DNA of 64,000 nt from Waterburya sp. (GTDB lineage: Bacteria > Cyanobacteriota > Cyanobacteriia > Cyanobacteriales > Xenococcaceae). The position numbers and the translations under genes are program-made. Positions 33,619 to 45,084 of this stretch are shown here, in pieces. Within the stretch, counting starts at the first letter, position 1. Each line of letters starts with the position of its first letter. The DNA lies in assembly GCA_965217895.1 (NCBI GenBank), contig CBDCJV010000002.1:1760001-1824000 (forward strand). The letters are read 5' to 3'. The notes beneath the pieces are model-generated. The model worked only from the letters and a program-made list of their open reading frames with translations, did no database searches and was not told the DNA's origin.

Positions 33619-34761
33619 ATGAATATTTTGTTTGTAATCACCAGGGCTGATGTTATTAGAGGAGTGCAAGTTCATGTAAAAGGTTTAGCCGTTGCTTTAC
33701 AACAAGACCAACACAAAGTTTTAGTTCTTACAGGAAAAAAAGGGGCATATAACAAAGATCTTAGAGAAGCTAGAATCGAGTCAATTGCCTATAAATTCTT
33801 ACAGCGGAAAATTAATCCGTTTAGAGATGGCAAAAGTTTACGTTACATTCTGTACATAATTGATTTGTTTAAGCCAGACTTAATCGCTGCCCATTCAAGC
33901 AAAGCTGGTATCTTAGGTCGTATAGCAGGAAAAATGAGCAAAGTTCCTTGTATTTTTACGGCTCATGGTTGGTCATTTACTCCTGGCATTGGTGAGCCTA
34001 ATCGTACTATTTACCGATGGGTAGAAAAATTAATTGTTCCTTTAGCGACTAAAGTGATTTGCGTTTCTGAGTTTGATCGTCAAATTGGCTTAGAAGCGGG
34101 GCTTAATCCCCAAAAGTTGTTAACCGTTCATAACGGCATGAAAGATATTGTTTCCAAGTTGAGGTCTAACCCTGGTCAAGTTGGTTCAGTTAACATTGCC
34201 AGAGACGACGACGACGAATTAGATTCGTCATCCCTGGTGGTTAAAATAGCCATGGTTGCTCGTTTTGATCGACAAAAAGACCAATTAATCTTAATTAAAG
34301 CTTGTCATGGTCTTAATGTAGAGCTAATTTTAGTGGGTGACGGTGTTAATTTAGCTAAAGCTCGCCAACAAGTAGAGCAGTTAAAAATGCAAGATCGGGT
34401 CAAGTTTTTAGGCTTTCGTAAAGATATAGCCGAAATTTTGGCACGAGTACAAATTTTGACCTTAATTTCTAATTGGGAAGGGTTGCCCTGTACGATCATT
34501 GAGGCAATGCGCGCTGGTTTACCCGTCATAGCCTCCGATGTAGTTGGTGTCAAAGAAATTGTCATTGAAAATGAAACAGGCTATTTGATTTCTGACAACG
34601 ACCCTGACATTCTGCGTCAGAAGTTATCCTATTTAATCGATAATAGCCAGATAAGAACTCGTATGGGAAAATTAGCCCGTCAAAGATATGAGTCTCAACT
34701 AACGTTTAAACATATGTATGATAAGACCTTGGCAATATATCAAGATGCCGTAGCTCAATAG
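33619..34761 (+). CDS. Glycosyltransferase family 4
   Basis: HSSKAG, FTAHGW, VARF..QKD, EGLP..IIEAM. Confidence 0.9.
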   Translation: MNILFVITRADVIRGVQVHVKGLAVALQQDQHKVLVLTGKKGAYNKDLREARIESIAYKFLQRKINPFRDGKSLRYILYIIDLFKPDLIAAHSSKAGILGRIAGKMSKVPCIFTAHGWSFTPGIGEPNRTIYRWVEKLIVPLATKVICVSEFDRQIGLEAGLNPQKLLTVHNGMKDIVSKLRSNPGQVGSVNIARDDDDELDSSSLVVKIAMVARFDRQKDQLILIKACHGLNVELILVGDGVNLAKARQQVEQLKMQDRVKFLGFRKDIAEILARVQILTLISNWEGLPCTIIEAMRAGLPVIASDVVGVKEIVIENETGYLISDNDPDILRQKLSYLIDNSQIRTRMGKLARQRYESQLTFKHMYDKTLAIYQDAVAQ

Positions 34762-34794
34762 CCCCGATCTAAAAAACAACTACCAAAAATCTCA

Positions 34795-35925
34795 GTGAAA
34801 CAGCCAATCCTATTATCTACGCCTCATATTGGTGAACTTGAGCTAAAGTTTGTCCAGGAAGCTTTTGATACTAATTGGGTAGCACCCGTCGGTTCAAATA
34901 TAGATGCTTTTGAACAAGAATTTTCCCAAGCAGTTGGCTCACAGTCTGCTGCTGCCTTATCTTCTGGAACAGCAGCTTTGCATTTAGCCCTCAAGTTAGT
35001 CGGAGTTGAAGCTGGTGACGAGGTATTTTGTTCGACGTTCACTTTTGTGGCTAGTGCCAGTCCAATTATCTATTTAGGAGCTAAACCAGTATTCATTGAC
35101 AGCGATCGCCTTTCTTGGAATATGGATCCTAATTTGCTAGAAACCGCCTTAGCCAAAAGAGACAAACTGGGAAAATTGCCCAAGGCAGTAGTGGTAGTGC
35201 ATCTTTATGGTCAGAGTGCCGACATTGAGCCAATCTTGGCAATATGCGATCGCTATGATATTCCCTTAGTTGAAGATGCAGCAGAAGCCTTGGGAGCAAC
35301 TTATAAAAATACCTCTCCTGGCACTTGGGGTAAAGCGGGAATTTTCTCTTTCAATGGTAATAAAATTATTACCACTTCTGGAGGTGGGATGTTAGTTTCT
35401 GACGATGCAGACTTAATTCAAAAAGCCAAATTTTTAGCAACCCAGGCAAGAGATCCTCAACCTCACTATGAACATACCGAGATCGGTTTTAATTATCGAT
35501 TAAGCAACATTTCGGCAGGTATTGGTAGAGGACAATTAGCAGTATTAAAAGATAGAGTTGCTGCTCGTAGACGAAATTTTGCAGTTTATCAACAGAATTT
35601 AGCAGATTTGCCAGGAATTAAATTTATGCCCGAAGCAAATTTTGGTACAAGTATACGCTGGCTTAGTTGTTTAACAATTGATCCTGAAATTTCAGGCACG
35701 GATCGAGAACAAATACGTCTACAATTGCTAGACAAACAGATAGAAACTAGACCAGTTTGGAAGCCAATGCACCTCCAGCCGATATTTGCAGATTGTGAAT
35801 GTATTAATAATGGAGTAGCCGAAGAACTATTTCAACAAGGTTTGTGCTTACCTTCTGGCTCTAACCTAACTGAGTCAGACCTTGAACGAGTAATTACTGA
35901 AGTTAAAAGTATGTTTGCCTCTTGA
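34795..35925 (+). CDS. DegT/DnrJ/EryC1/StrS sugar aminotransferase (EpsN/PglE-like)
   Basis: SSGTAALHLAL, VHLYGQ, EDAAEALG, SFNGNKIITTSGGG. Confidence 0.92.
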   Translation: MKQPILLSTPHIGELELKFVQEAFDTNWVAPVGSNIDAFEQEFSQAVGSQSAAALSSGTAALHLALKLVGVEAGDEVFCSTFTFVASASPIIYLGAKPVFIDSDRLSWNMDPNLLETALAKRDKLGKLPKAVVVVHLYGQSADIEPILAICDRYDIPLVEDAAEALGATYKNTSPGTWGKAGIFSFNGNKIITTSGGGMLVSDDADLIQKAKFLATQARDPQPHYEHTEIGFNYRLSNISAGIGRGQLAVLKDRVAARRRNFAVYQQNLADLPGIKFMPEANFGTSIRWLSCLTIDPEISGTDREQIRLQLLDKQIETRPVWKPMHLQPIFADCECINNGVAEELFQQGLCLPSGSNLTESDLERVITEVKSMFAS

Positions 35926-36034
35926 TGAAATCTTGCTTATTATTCCGCTATTATAATTTGAGTAGTTTTACGTATGTATTTTTCTTTAAATATTTTAAAT
36001 ATCACTATTTAGATATAACTATTAAATATTAAGC

Positions 36035-38644
36035 ATGAACCCCCCACAAACGTCTTTAGATAATCAACAGTATTGGCAGATGATAAAAAGGCGTTGGCTG
36101 CCTGGGTCAATTGTTTTTTTAATCATATTAACTTTGGGTATTGTTGCGACTACTCTAAAGAAAAACTTTTATGAGGCTGAAGCAAGGCTTAAATTTAAAG
36201 GTAACACCGTTAGCTCTTCTTTGACAGAGGTTAGTAAAGCTTTAGAGGGCTTCTCACCAATTGCAGAGAAAGGAAATCCTATTGACACAGAAGCAGAGGT
36301 TTTACGTTCGGTTCCCTTGATTAGCAAAACTATTAACGATCCTAAGCTTCAGTTGAAAGATGCTGATGGCAAAAAGCTCAAAGTTGAAGATTTTCTAGAA
36401 AAATTAAAAGTTTCCTCGATAACTGCTACAGATATTCTCAAGATTTCCTATGCTAGTCAGAATCCAGAGCAAGCTGCCTTAGTGGTTAACACTTTGGTCA
36501 AAAATTATTTAGGTAATAATTTAATAGTTAATAAAGCTGAAGCAGTTTCAGCTAGAGAGTTTTTGCAAGAACAACTACCGAAGGCAGAAGATTCTCTACG
36601 CAAAACTGAAACAAAAATACGGGAATTAAAAGAATCAAATGGATTTGTCTCTCCTGATGAAAATACTAGCTCCTTAATTCAGGGAATGCAGCAGCTACAG
36701 GCAGAAATAGCCCAAACTCGTGGAGAAATGGCTAATGCTGAATCTCAAGCTGACTATATTAAAAAAAAGCTGGGTTTGACCGCAGAACAGGCGGTGGCTC
36801 TAACTACAATTAGCCAATCTCCAGCAATTAAAGAGACGATATCTAAACTGCAAAATGCAGAATCCGCTCTGGCGATCGCCAGAGCGCGTTTTACAGATAA
36901 TAGTCCGAATGTAGTTGAACTACAACAGCAGGTAGATTCACTGTCAAAATTACTCAATCGACAAACCGCTTCTGTTGGCGGAGAGACAGCAAGAGATCTG
37001 GTAGAAAAGAATAAGACAGGTGTAATTCAAGAAGAACTTACCACCGAGCTAATTCAGCTCGAAGCTCGAAAATCTGGTCTGCAAAAGCAAATTGACAGCT
37101 TAAGCCAGGTTGAGGGCGATCGCCGTGCGAGAATCCAGAAAGTACCAGAGCTAGAGCAAAAGTTAAGTCAGCTTGAAAGACAGCAAACTTCGTATCAGTC
37201 AACCTACGATGTTTTGTGGAAACAGCTACAAACTATAAAAATTGCTGAAGTTCAAGATCCTGGAAACGTTAGGGTGATTTCTAATGCCGTTGTTCCCGAT
37301 CAGCCAGTCTCTTCTCGTGCAGTAGGCTTTTTAGCTGCTGGCTCTCTAGCCTTATTATCCGCAGCTGGAGTTATTTATCTTTTAGAAATTAGTGATAAAT
37401 CAATTAAAACCATTGACGAAGCCAAACAACTATATGGTTATACCTCTTTAGGGATAATTCCAGGCACAGACAGAATCAAACTATTGACTTTACCAGAATT
37501 AGAAGATCGAGATCCCTCCATTCCTAAATTAATAGTCCGAGACTATCCTTCTTTAGCACTCAGTGAGTCCTATCGGATGTTGCAGTCTAATATTAAGTCT
37601 CTAAAGACTGATAGAAAGGTAAAAACTATTGTCATTACAAGTTCTAGCGTGCAGGAAGGCAAATCAACAATAGCTGCCAACTTAGCAGCAGCAATGGCTC
37701 AAGTAGGCAATAGAGTTTTATTGGTTGATGCTAATTTACATAATCCTATTCAAGATCGTATTTGGAATACTTATAGCGACAATGGCTTAAGTAATGTAAT
37801 TACCGATCACTTAGATCCCAAAATGACTATTAATGAAGTAATGCCAAATTTAGACTTGCTTACTTCAGGAAGTTTAAATCCCTCTCCTGCAACTTTACTA
37901 GATTCTCAAAGAATGAGAATGTTGATCGATTACTGGTCAGAAAGCTATGACTTTGTAATTTTTGATACTCCTTCTTTAGATTTAACTGCCGATGCTCCAA
38001 TCATGGGTCGTATGGCTGACGGAGTGTTGTTAGTAGTTAGACCTGGTTTAGTAGAGCGATCGCAGGCAAAATTCACCAAAGAAATTTTAGAGCAATCAGG
38101 ACTCAATATGTTAGGAATTGTCTTTAATGGAGTTGAGCCTCAATTTGATTCACGCTTTTACTACTACAATGCTTTTGAAGAGCCGCCAGCTATACTGTCC
38201 CATAACAAACTTTCAAGCATTAGCCCGATAGAAAATGAAGAGCTTTGGGATACTATTTCTTCTATGGCAATAGAGTCCAAAAAAGATAGATTAGGTGCCA
38301 ACCTTGACGCAGATCAGCTGCTATTAGCACCATTGGATAAGCTAGAGTCAATGGTATTTCATTTACAGCAAGATCTAGCAGATTTAAGTAGAGTGGTCAA
38401 AGAACAAGAAGAAGAACTTTTATTGCAGCGTCAGAAAGTCAAAAAATTGCAACGACAAGCTAATGTCTCTCATGAAAATGAACTTTTCTATTCAGAAAAT
38501 CAATTAAATCAGGAGCAAGAACGAAAACGTATGCTGGATGAAACTCTTGTAGGACAAAGGAGAAACCTGGAAAAACGTCGAGAAATGCTTTTCCAGTATC
38601 AGCAAGTGCTAGAAAGCAGAAAAAATGCTAGTTTTCGAGTCTAG
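36035..38644 (+). CDS. wzc: Wzc-type polysaccharide co-polymerase/tyrosine autokinase with extra C-terminal coiled coil
   Basis: TM-coiled coil-TM, ESYRML, EGKST, DANL, FDTP, YYY cluster, then about 160 extra aa. Confidence 0.88.
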   Translation: MNPPQTSLDNQQYWQMIKRRWLPGSIVFLIILTLGIVATTLKKNFYEAEARLKFKGNTVSSSLTEVSKALEGFSPIAEKGNPIDTEAEVLRSVPLISKTINDPKLQLKDADGKKLKVEDFLEKLKVSSITATDILKISYASQNPEQAALVVNTLVKNYLGNNLIVNKAEAVSAREFLQEQLPKAEDSLRKTETKIRELKESNGFVSPDENTSSLIQGMQQLQAEIAQTRGEMANAESQADYIKKKLGLTAEQAVALTTISQSPAIKETISKLQNAESALAIARARFTDNSPNVVELQQQVDSLSKLLNRQTASVGGETARDLVEKNKTGVIQEELTTELIQLEARKSGLQKQIDSLSQVEGDRRARIQKVPELEQKLSQLERQQTSYQSTYDVLWKQLQTIKIAEVQDPGNVRVISNAVVPDQPVSSRAVGFLAAGSLALLSAAGVIYLLEISDKSIKTIDEAKQLYGYTSLGIIPGTDRIKLLTLPELEDRDPSIPKLIVRDYPSLALSESYRMLQSNIKSLKTDRKVKTIVITSSSVQEGKSTIAANLAAAMAQVGNRVLLVDANLHNPIQDRIWNTYSDNGLSNVITDHLDPKMTINEVMPNLDLLTSGSLNPSPATLLDSQRMRMLIDYWSESYDFVIFDTPSLDLTADAPIMGRMADGVLLVVRPGLVERSQAKFTKEILEQSGLNMLGIVFNGVEPQFDSRFYYYNAFEEPPAILSHNKLSSISPIENEELWDTISSMAIESKKDRLGANLDADQLLLAPLDKLESMVFHLQQDLADLSRVVKEQEEELLLQRQKVKKLQRQANVSHENELFYSENQLNQEQERKRMLDETLVGQRRNLEKRREMLFQYQQVLESRKNASFRV

Positions 38645-38668
38645 TTATTGATTTCTTTTAGCTTGGTG

Positions 38669-39892
38669 CTATAAATAAAACTCCGTTTTGGCGATCGCCA
38701 CAGCTTTTAATTCAAAGATTTTTTCAATTACGTCAGCCACAACTTTATCAGGGGTAGAAGCACCTGAAGTTATTCCTACGGTAATTTCCCCTTCTGGTAG
38801 CCAGTTTTCGGCTACGGTAATTTCTCGCTCTAAAGGCTTATGTTCTAAGCGATCGCGACTTAGAATACGCTCAACGCAGTCAATATGATAAGAGGGTATA
38901 TTATGCTCAACAGCAATTTCTTGTAGATGAGTAGTATTAGAAGAATTAAACCCCCCAATCACAATCATTAAAGACAAGTTTTCTTCAACCAAATCAAACA
39001 TGGCATCTTGCCTTTCTTGAGTCGCATCGCAGATAGTATTAAAGCTCATAAAATGCTGCGTTAACTCAGTTGGACCATACTTTTTCAGCATTGTTTGCTC
39101 TAAAAGCCTACCAATTTGCTCTGTTTCACTTTTGAGCATCGTAGTTTGATTAGCGATACCAACTCTAACCAAATCTCGGTTAGGATCGAAACCATCAGAA
39201 TAAGCGTTTTTAAACTTAGTTAAAAATTCATGGCGATCGCCGCCATGAAGAATATAGTTAGTCACATATTCAGCCTCTGCTAAATTTAAGACAACTAGAT
39301 AGCGATCGGCAAACGAACTTGTCGCCACAGTTTCCTCATGAGCATATTTGCCATGAATAATTGAAGTGTAGTCCCGTTTTTTATGCTTTTCTACCGAATT
39401 CCAAACTTTTGATACCCAAGGACAGGTAGTATCAACAATAGTGCAGCTTTTATCATTCAGTAGCTGCATCTCCGAAACACTTGCACCAAAAGCAGGTAGA
39501 ATAACCACGTCTGTTTGACCAACAACGCTAAAATCTTTTTCACCATCAACTAATTCAATAAAGTCAACGTTCATTTCTCTCAGACGTTGATTAACTGAAG
39601 GATTGTGAATAATCTCGTTGGTAATCCAAATTTTTTCGCTGGGGAAATGCTGGCGAGTTTCGTAAGCCATAGCCACGGCTCTTTCTACTCCCCAACAAAA
39701 GCCAAAAGATTCGGCTAGAAGAATAGTAACATCTCCTTTTTGTAGACGATAGTTGCGATCGCGAATGGTTTGAATTAAATCACTTTGATACTCCGTATTC
39801 ATTGTTCCAGCTACTTCTTCATCGTGTCCAAATCCTCGACGATGATAGTTTTGGGACTGTTGCAAAGAACGTTTAAAAGCTTTAGTATCCAT
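38669..39892 (-). CDS. ispH: 4-hydroxy-3-methylbut-2-enyl diphosphate reductase
   Basis: [39 protein letters not shown]. Confidence 0.97.
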   Translation of the reverse strand: MDTKAFKRSLQQSQNYHRRGFGHDEEVAGTMNTEYQSDLIQTIRDRNYRLQKGDVTILLAESFGFCWGVERAVAMAYETRQHFPSEKIWITNEIIHNPSVNQRLREMNVDFIELVDGEKDFSVVGQTDVVILPAFGASVSEMQLLNDKSCTIVDTTCPWVSKVWNSVEKHKKRDYTSIIHGKYAHEETVATSSFADRYLVVLNLAEAEYVTNYILHGGDRHEFLTKFKNAYSDGFDPNRDLVRVGIANQTTMLKSETEQIGRLLEQTMLKKYGPTELTQHFMSFNTICDATQERQDAMFDLVEENLSLMIVIGGFNSSNTTHLQEIAVEHNIPSYHIDCVERILSRDRLEHKPLEREITVAENWLPEGEITVGITSGASTPDKVVADVIEKIFELKAVAIAKTEFYL

Positions 39893-40040
39893 TTTTATAT
39901 CAGTCTATTTTTAAATAAAAGTGATTGTATCTATATTAAATCCAATTCAGGTAGGTTACTTAACTTTTAGATAGTTTGTAGTAAGTAGTTTTTCACTACT
40001 AACTACAAACTAATAGATAACTGTTAAATTGGCTTAGTGC

Positions 40041-40931
40041 TTAAAAAATTGCTGCTAGATCAGTTTGCTTGAGAAAATCAATAAATGCCCAGACTGCATG
40101 GGATAAATCTGCGTCTTTAGGAGTAGCCATAACCACAATGCGCTGTAAGGGTTTAGGAAGCTGGCATACAGTTACACCCTGGGGAATATGAAATACAGAT
40201 AGCTGAGGTAAAATGGCTGCACCCGAACCTGCTGCTACTAAATTGATGATTGTGTCACTTTCTCGAACTTGTTCTGATGGTAGAAACTGGTAATTTTCAG
40301 CTTCAAAGTAGCTTTTAATTTGTCTAAAACAGGTATTTTGATTCGGATAAGAAATAATCGGCAAAGCTAATAACTCTGTCCAGCTAATTTTACTCATCTT
40401 AACCAGGGAAAATTTATTAGATGGTAGCAAGACAATATAATCATCTCGCAATACTTCTCTAACTTCGAGTTCTTTAGCGGTGGGTAAAATAGTAAAACCG
40501 AGGTCGGCTTTGCCTGACCATACCATTTGTTCTACTTGGGGACAGTCTTTTTCTTCCGTGATTTTAATCTCGATCTGAGGATATTTAATTTTAAAGCGGG
40601 CTTTTATTTTGGGCAATAATTGAGATGCTGCACCACGAAAAGCCGAAATTCTAACCGTACCTCCCTCAAGGCTTTTATAGCGATTGGCTTCTTGCTTAAT
40701 ATCTTCAACTGATTTTAAAATGCGATCGCAATGAGCTAAAACGCTTTCACCAACAGGGGTAAGATTGACACCTTTTTGGCTTCTAAACAGTAACTGTACC
40801 CCCAAATCATTTTCCAAAGTTGCGATCGCATGACTCACCGTAGGCTGAGTTAAATCTAACTCCATCGCTGCCTGACTAAATTTGCCACATTTAGCTACTG
40901 CCACAAACGACCTGATTTGAGAAAGTTTCAT
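40041..40931 (-). CDS. LysR-family transcriptional regulator
   Basis: N-terminal HTH FSQAA.EL.LTQPTVSHAI..LE..LG..L. Confidence 0.93.
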   Translation of the reverse strand: MKLSQIRSFVAVAKCGKFSQAAMELDLTQPTVSHAIATLENDLGVQLLFRSQKGVNLTPVGESVLAHCDRILKSVEDIKQEANRYKSLEGGTVRISAFRGAASQLLPKIKARFKIKYPQIEIKITEEKDCPQVEQMVWSGKADLGFTILPTAKELEVREVLRDDYIVLLPSNKFSLVKMSKISWTELLALPIISYPNQNTCFRQIKSYFEAENYQFLPSEQVRESDTIINLVAAGSGAAILPQLSVFHIPQGVTVCQLPKPLQRIVVMATPKDADLSHAVWAFIDFLKQTDLAAIF

Positions 40932-40961
40932 GTCTTATATCCAGATCACTATCTTTGCCAA

Positions 40962-42386
40962 TTAATCACTCTTCCAAGTACCATGAAAACTATGGGGAAT
41001 TACAGATGGCAAAGCAAGACGACACACAGGCGGTTCAAAAAGGCGATCGCTTTGATAAATTCTGACTTCACTTTGATTTATATTGCCGTCAAATACAATG
41101 GTTATTAACCAACCATGTTCTGAATCATCTTGACGCGAAACCAAAATTGGTTCAGAAGGATAACAATTATCGCCCATATCGGCGATCGCCATATTACTAG
41201 TTTGACGATCAAAACAGGCGATCGCCTGAAATAATTCTTGACCAGATTTTACGCCGTAACGATGGACGTTTAAATAGGTATAACGCCAATCTTGTCCTAT
41301 CTTTGATGGTGCAACTAGGGGAAATTCTCCCGCAGCATTGGATATTTGCTTGTTGCTAATCACCTCGGCAGTTTGAGGATCGATAGTCAGTGACCATAAA
41401 GTTCCTTTAGAGGGAGTTTCGGTGTAGCCAGATGCTACTTCTTTTAAATACTGATTAGTGTCAAAGTTTTCAAAGCGAGTAAATTCAGTGACAATATTTC
41501 CTTCATTGTTGACATAGCCGTTGGCAAAGTGCCACTGAAACCAGGGATCGGTTTTACCCTGACTGACTAAAGATAAATCGTCTTTGGCAAAAATTAAAAT
41601 CTCTGTACCTAATTCGGGCTTCCATTCAAGGGAATCACTATAGCTTTTTTGTCCTAGGGCAACAAGGACAAGATTGACTCTTACAGGAGAAACCAAAAAG
41701 ACTAAATACTCACCTGCCAAACAAAAATCATGGATCAAAGGCAGTCCAGACAGAGTGTGAGAAGTTTGCTGCTCAAGTTTACCCGTAGAGTCGCAACGAT
41801 AAAGATTGAGAGTGCTGTTTGCTCCTCCACGAACTCCGTGATTAAATATTTTGCCTGTCACGGGGTCAACTTTTGGGTGTGCCGAAAAGGGCTGCTTTTC
41901 TCCTAAGCCAGATAGAGTATCTGTGCCAATAGTAGCCAAAGTATCTAAATCTAAAGCATGAGGCTTACCACCTTCCCAAAGAGCCAATAAACGGTCTGAT
42001 AATGCCAAAACTGATGTATTGGCAGCATTTTTAAGTGGCTTAAACCAATTATTCCAAAATGCACCTGCTGCCGTCATGCCATAGTTAGGATAAATAAAGG
42101 CATTTTCTTTTTGCTCGTCCACATATCCTGCGGTTTGTACATAACGATACATCCCTGTTACTCCAGAATCAGTAAAATCGACCTTGAGAATAGCTCCATC
42201 GCCGTCAAACCAATGCCCAACTTTTTGTTCGCTTCTAGATAGCCTAGCAGGACCGTTACGGTATAAAGTACCTTTTAGGTCGGTAGGAATTTCTCCTTCA
42301 ATGATTGATAGAGAAGTAGAATCAAATTCCGTAGCGGGTGTGGCGATCGCTTTTGACCAAGCTTTTTGTTTAGATGAGGTGATCAT
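40962..42386 (-). CDS. Carotenoid cleavage oxygenase (RPE65 family)
   Basis: LYRNGP, HWFDGDG, FSAHPK, IHDF, WHFANG, PHSFHG. Confidence 0.93.
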   Translation of the reverse strand: MITSSKQKAWSKAIATPATEFDSTSLSIIEGEIPTDLKGTLYRNGPARLSRSEQKVGHWFDGDGAILKVDFTDSGVTGMYRYVQTAGYVDEQKENAFIYPNYGMTAAGAFWNNWFKPLKNAANTSVLALSDRLLALWEGGKPHALDLDTLATIGTDTLSGLGEKQPFSAHPKVDPVTGKIFNHGVRGGANSTLNLYRCDSTGKLEQQTSHTLSGLPLIHDFCLAGEYLVFLVSPVRVNLVLVALGQKSYSDSLEWKPELGTEILIFAKDDLSLVSQGKTDPWFQWHFANGYVNNEGNIVTEFTRFENFDTNQYLKEVASGYTETPSKGTLWSLTIDPQTAEVISNKQISNAAGEFPLVAPSKIGQDWRYTYLNVHRYGVKSGQELFQAIACFDRQTSNMAIADMGDNCYPSEPILVSRQDDSEHGWLITIVFDGNINQSEVRIYQSDRLFEPPVCRLALPSVIPHSFHGTWKSD

Positions 42387-42525
42387 TAGCTGCTTTTATG
42401 TTTTTATAACTAATTCAAAAGGTGTAGACCAGCGGACAACGGTATACTATCAATGATAACGTTAAAAATTGTATAAGCTCTAAGTGTAGTTTGAGATTAG
42501 CTTAATCTAAATATCATATACAAAC

Positions 42526-43644
42526 ATGAACTCAGGAATCGATTTACAAGGAAGTTTTGTTCAAACTCTACAAGATTTTGGTCTTTCGGCTGGTTTAGCT
42601 AAAGCTGTTTGGCTACCTTTGCCTATGATCTTAATGATAATCGGCGCAACAGTGGGAGTTTTGGTAGTTGTCTGGCTTGAACGAAAAATCTCTGCTGCTG
42701 CCCAGCAAAGAATAGGACCTGAATATGCAGGACCTTTAGGAGTATTACAACCAGTCGCCGACGGAATTAAATTAGTTTTTAAAGAAGATGTTATTCCTGC
42801 TAAAGCCGACCCTTGGTTATTTACCATAGGACCAATATTAGTAGTTATTCCCGTGTTTTTGTCCTATCTTATTGTTCCTTTTGGACAAAACCTAGTGGTT
42901 ACAGATCTAAATGTGGGTATTTTTATCTGGATTTCTTTATCTAGTATTGCCCCGATTGGCTTATTGATGGCTGGTTATGCTTCCAACAACAAGTATTCAC
43001 TATTAGGGGGCTTGAGAGCAGCAGCACAGTCAATTAGCTATGAAATTCCTTTAGCTTTATCCGTACTAGCGATCGTTATGATGTCTAATAGTCTTAGTAC
43101 AATAGATATTGTAAATCAGCAGGCAGGCTATGGTATTTTAGGCTGGAATATCTGGAGACAACCCGTAGGTTTTATTATCTTTTGGATTGCAGCCTTAGCT
43201 GAGTGTGAACGTCTACCTTTCGATTTACCCGAAGCAGAAGAAGAATTGGTTGCTGGATATCAAACCGAATATTCAGGCATGAAGTTTGCTCTCTTTTATC
43301 TAGGCTCTTACGTTAACTTGGTCTTATCCGCCTTGGTTTTTGCTGTTCTCTATTTAGGTGGGTGGGAATTTTTTATTCCTTTGGATCATCTAGCAGATTG
43401 GATTGGGGTTGCAGACACTACTCCCTGGCTACAGGTATTGACTGCTTCTTTGGGTATTATCATGACCTTAGTTAAAGCATACTTCCTAGTATTTATCGCC
43501 ATCTTGTTGCGCTGGACTGTACCTCGTGTGCGTATTGACCAATTATTAGACCTAGGTTGGAAATTTTTATTACCAGTTTCTCTTGCTAATCTCTTGATTA
43601 CTGCTGCTTTAAAATTGTCTTTTCCCGTAGCATTCGGTGGTTAG
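42526..43644 (+). CDS. ndhA: NDH-1 subunit A
   Basis: [42 protein letters not shown]. Confidence 0.98.
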   Translation: MNSGIDLQGSFVQTLQDFGLSAGLAKAVWLPLPMILMIIGATVGVLVVVWLERKISAAAQQRIGPEYAGPLGVLQPVADGIKLVFKEDVIPAKADPWLFTIGPILVVIPVFLSYLIVPFGQNLVVTDLNVGIFIWISLSSIAPIGLLMAGYASNNKYSLLGGLRAAAQSISYEIPLALSVLAIVMMSNSLSTIDIVNQQAGYGILGWNIWRQPVGFIIFWIAALAECERLPFDLPEAEEELVAGYQTEYSGMKFALFYLGSYVNLVLSALVFAVLYLGGWEFFIPLDHLADWIGVADTTPWLQVLTASLGIIMTLVKAYFLVFIAILLRWTVPRVRIDQLLDLGWKFLLPVSLANLLITAALKLSFPVAFGG

Positions 43645-43682
43645 TTAAACTAAAAATAATGGAGTAAAGCCAGCTAAAAATT

Positions 43683-44300
43683 ATGTTTAAAGTTCTCAAG
43701 CAAGTACAGGATTACGCCAATGAAAGTTGGCAAGCAGCAAAGTATATTGGTCAAGGTCTTTCTGTTACTTTCGACCATATGCAGCGTCGTCCCGTTACAG
43801 TTCAGTACCCTTACGAAAAATTAGTCCCTTCCGAACGCTATCGCGGTAGAATTCACTTTGAATTTGATAAATGTATTGCCTGTGAGGTTTGCGTTCGTGT
43901 CTGTCCGATCAACCTTCCTGTAGTTGATTGGGAGTTTGATAAAAAAGCCAAGAAGAAAAAGCTCGATCACTACAGCATTGACTTTGGGGTATGTATTTTC
44001 TGCGGTAACTGCGTCGAATACTGCCCTACTAACTGTCTTTCTATGACCGAAGAGTATGAACTAGCATCCTACGATCGCCACGAGCTTAACTATGATAATG
44101 TTGCTTTAGGACGATTGCCCTATAAAGTCACTCAAGATCCGATGGTAACTCCTCTTAAAGAGTTCGCTTACCTACCAAAAGGCGAAGTTGACCCTCATGG
44201 TTTACCTAAAGGAGCGCAACGGGCTGGCAAACGCCCAGATGAGATTTTGGCAGAAATTAAAGCAGCCAAACCTAAAGAAGAAGCAAAAACTGATAGCTAA
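43683..44300 (+). CDS. ndhI: NDH-1 subunit I
   Basis: Two CxxCxxCxxxCP motifs, TVQYPYEK. Confidence 0.98.
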   Translation: MFKVLKQVQDYANESWQAAKYIGQGLSVTFDHMQRRPVTVQYPYEKLVPSERYRGRIHFEFDKCIACEVCVRVCPINLPVVDWEFDKKAKKKKLDHYSIDFGVCIFCGNCVEYCPTNCLSMTEEYELASYDRHELNYDNVALGRLPYKVTQDPMVTPLKEFAYLPKGEVDPHGLPKGAQRAGKRPDEILAEIKAAKPKEEAKTDS

Positions 44301-44367
44301 TAGCTGATAGCTACCTTAACCAAGGTTATTCAACACAATCATTTAACTTAAAAAAGAGGAGAAAAAA

Positions 44368-44985
44368 GTGAATTTAGCTGAAGGAGTGCAGATAGTTTCT
44401 TTTGGCATCTTGGCAGTAATGATGATCGGGACAGCTTTAGGAGTTGTTCTTTTGCCCAAAATTGTTCATTCTGCTTTTTTGCTGGCTGGGGTGTTTATTA
44501 GCATTGCTGGTTTATATATCCTGCTAAATGCCGATTTTGTAGCTGCTGCTCAAATTTTGGTTTATGTAGGCGCGGTAAACGTTTTAATCTTGTTCGCTAT
44601 CATGCTAGTAAATAAACAAGAAGACTATGCCGAACTTCCTGGTCGTTTAATTCGTAAAATAGCCACAGCCGTAGTTTGCTTTGGCTTGTTTGCGCTTTTG
44701 GGAACAATGGTTTTGGTAACTCCTTGGTCATTAGATACTACTTCTCCACCCGTAACGGATACGGTTGTAGCTTTAGGTGAGCATTTCTTTAGTGATTATT
44801 TGTTGCCTTTTGAGCTTGCTTCAGTCTTGTTGTTGATGGCTATGGTGGGGGCAATTATCCTGGCTCGTCGTGACTTAATTCCTGAATCTTTGGTAACAAA
44901 AGAAAGTATAACAACTAGCTTGACCTTACCTGAGCGTCCCCGTGAATTGGCTACCCTTAGTGGCGATCGCAACAAACAAAAATAA
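44368..44985 (+). CDS. ndhG: NDH-1 subunit G
   Basis: QILVYVGAVNVLILFAIML, LPFELAS. Confidence 0.97.
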   Translation: MNLAEGVQIVSFGILAVMMIGTALGVVLLPKIVHSAFLLAGVFISIAGLYILLNADFVAAAQILVYVGAVNVLILFAIMLVNKQEDYAELPGRLIRKIATAVVCFGLFALLGTMVLVTPWSLDTTSPPVTDTVVALGEHFFSDYLLPFELASVLLLMAMVGAIILARRDLIPESLVTKESITTSLTLPERPRELATLSGDRNKQK

Positions 44986-45084
44986 TACTCTCAATCATTT
45001 ATTAAGAAGATGCGAACAGCCGTTAGTCCGTACATCAATAATCAGTTCCATCTTCATGGGATAACATAATTAGTAATTAAAGCA

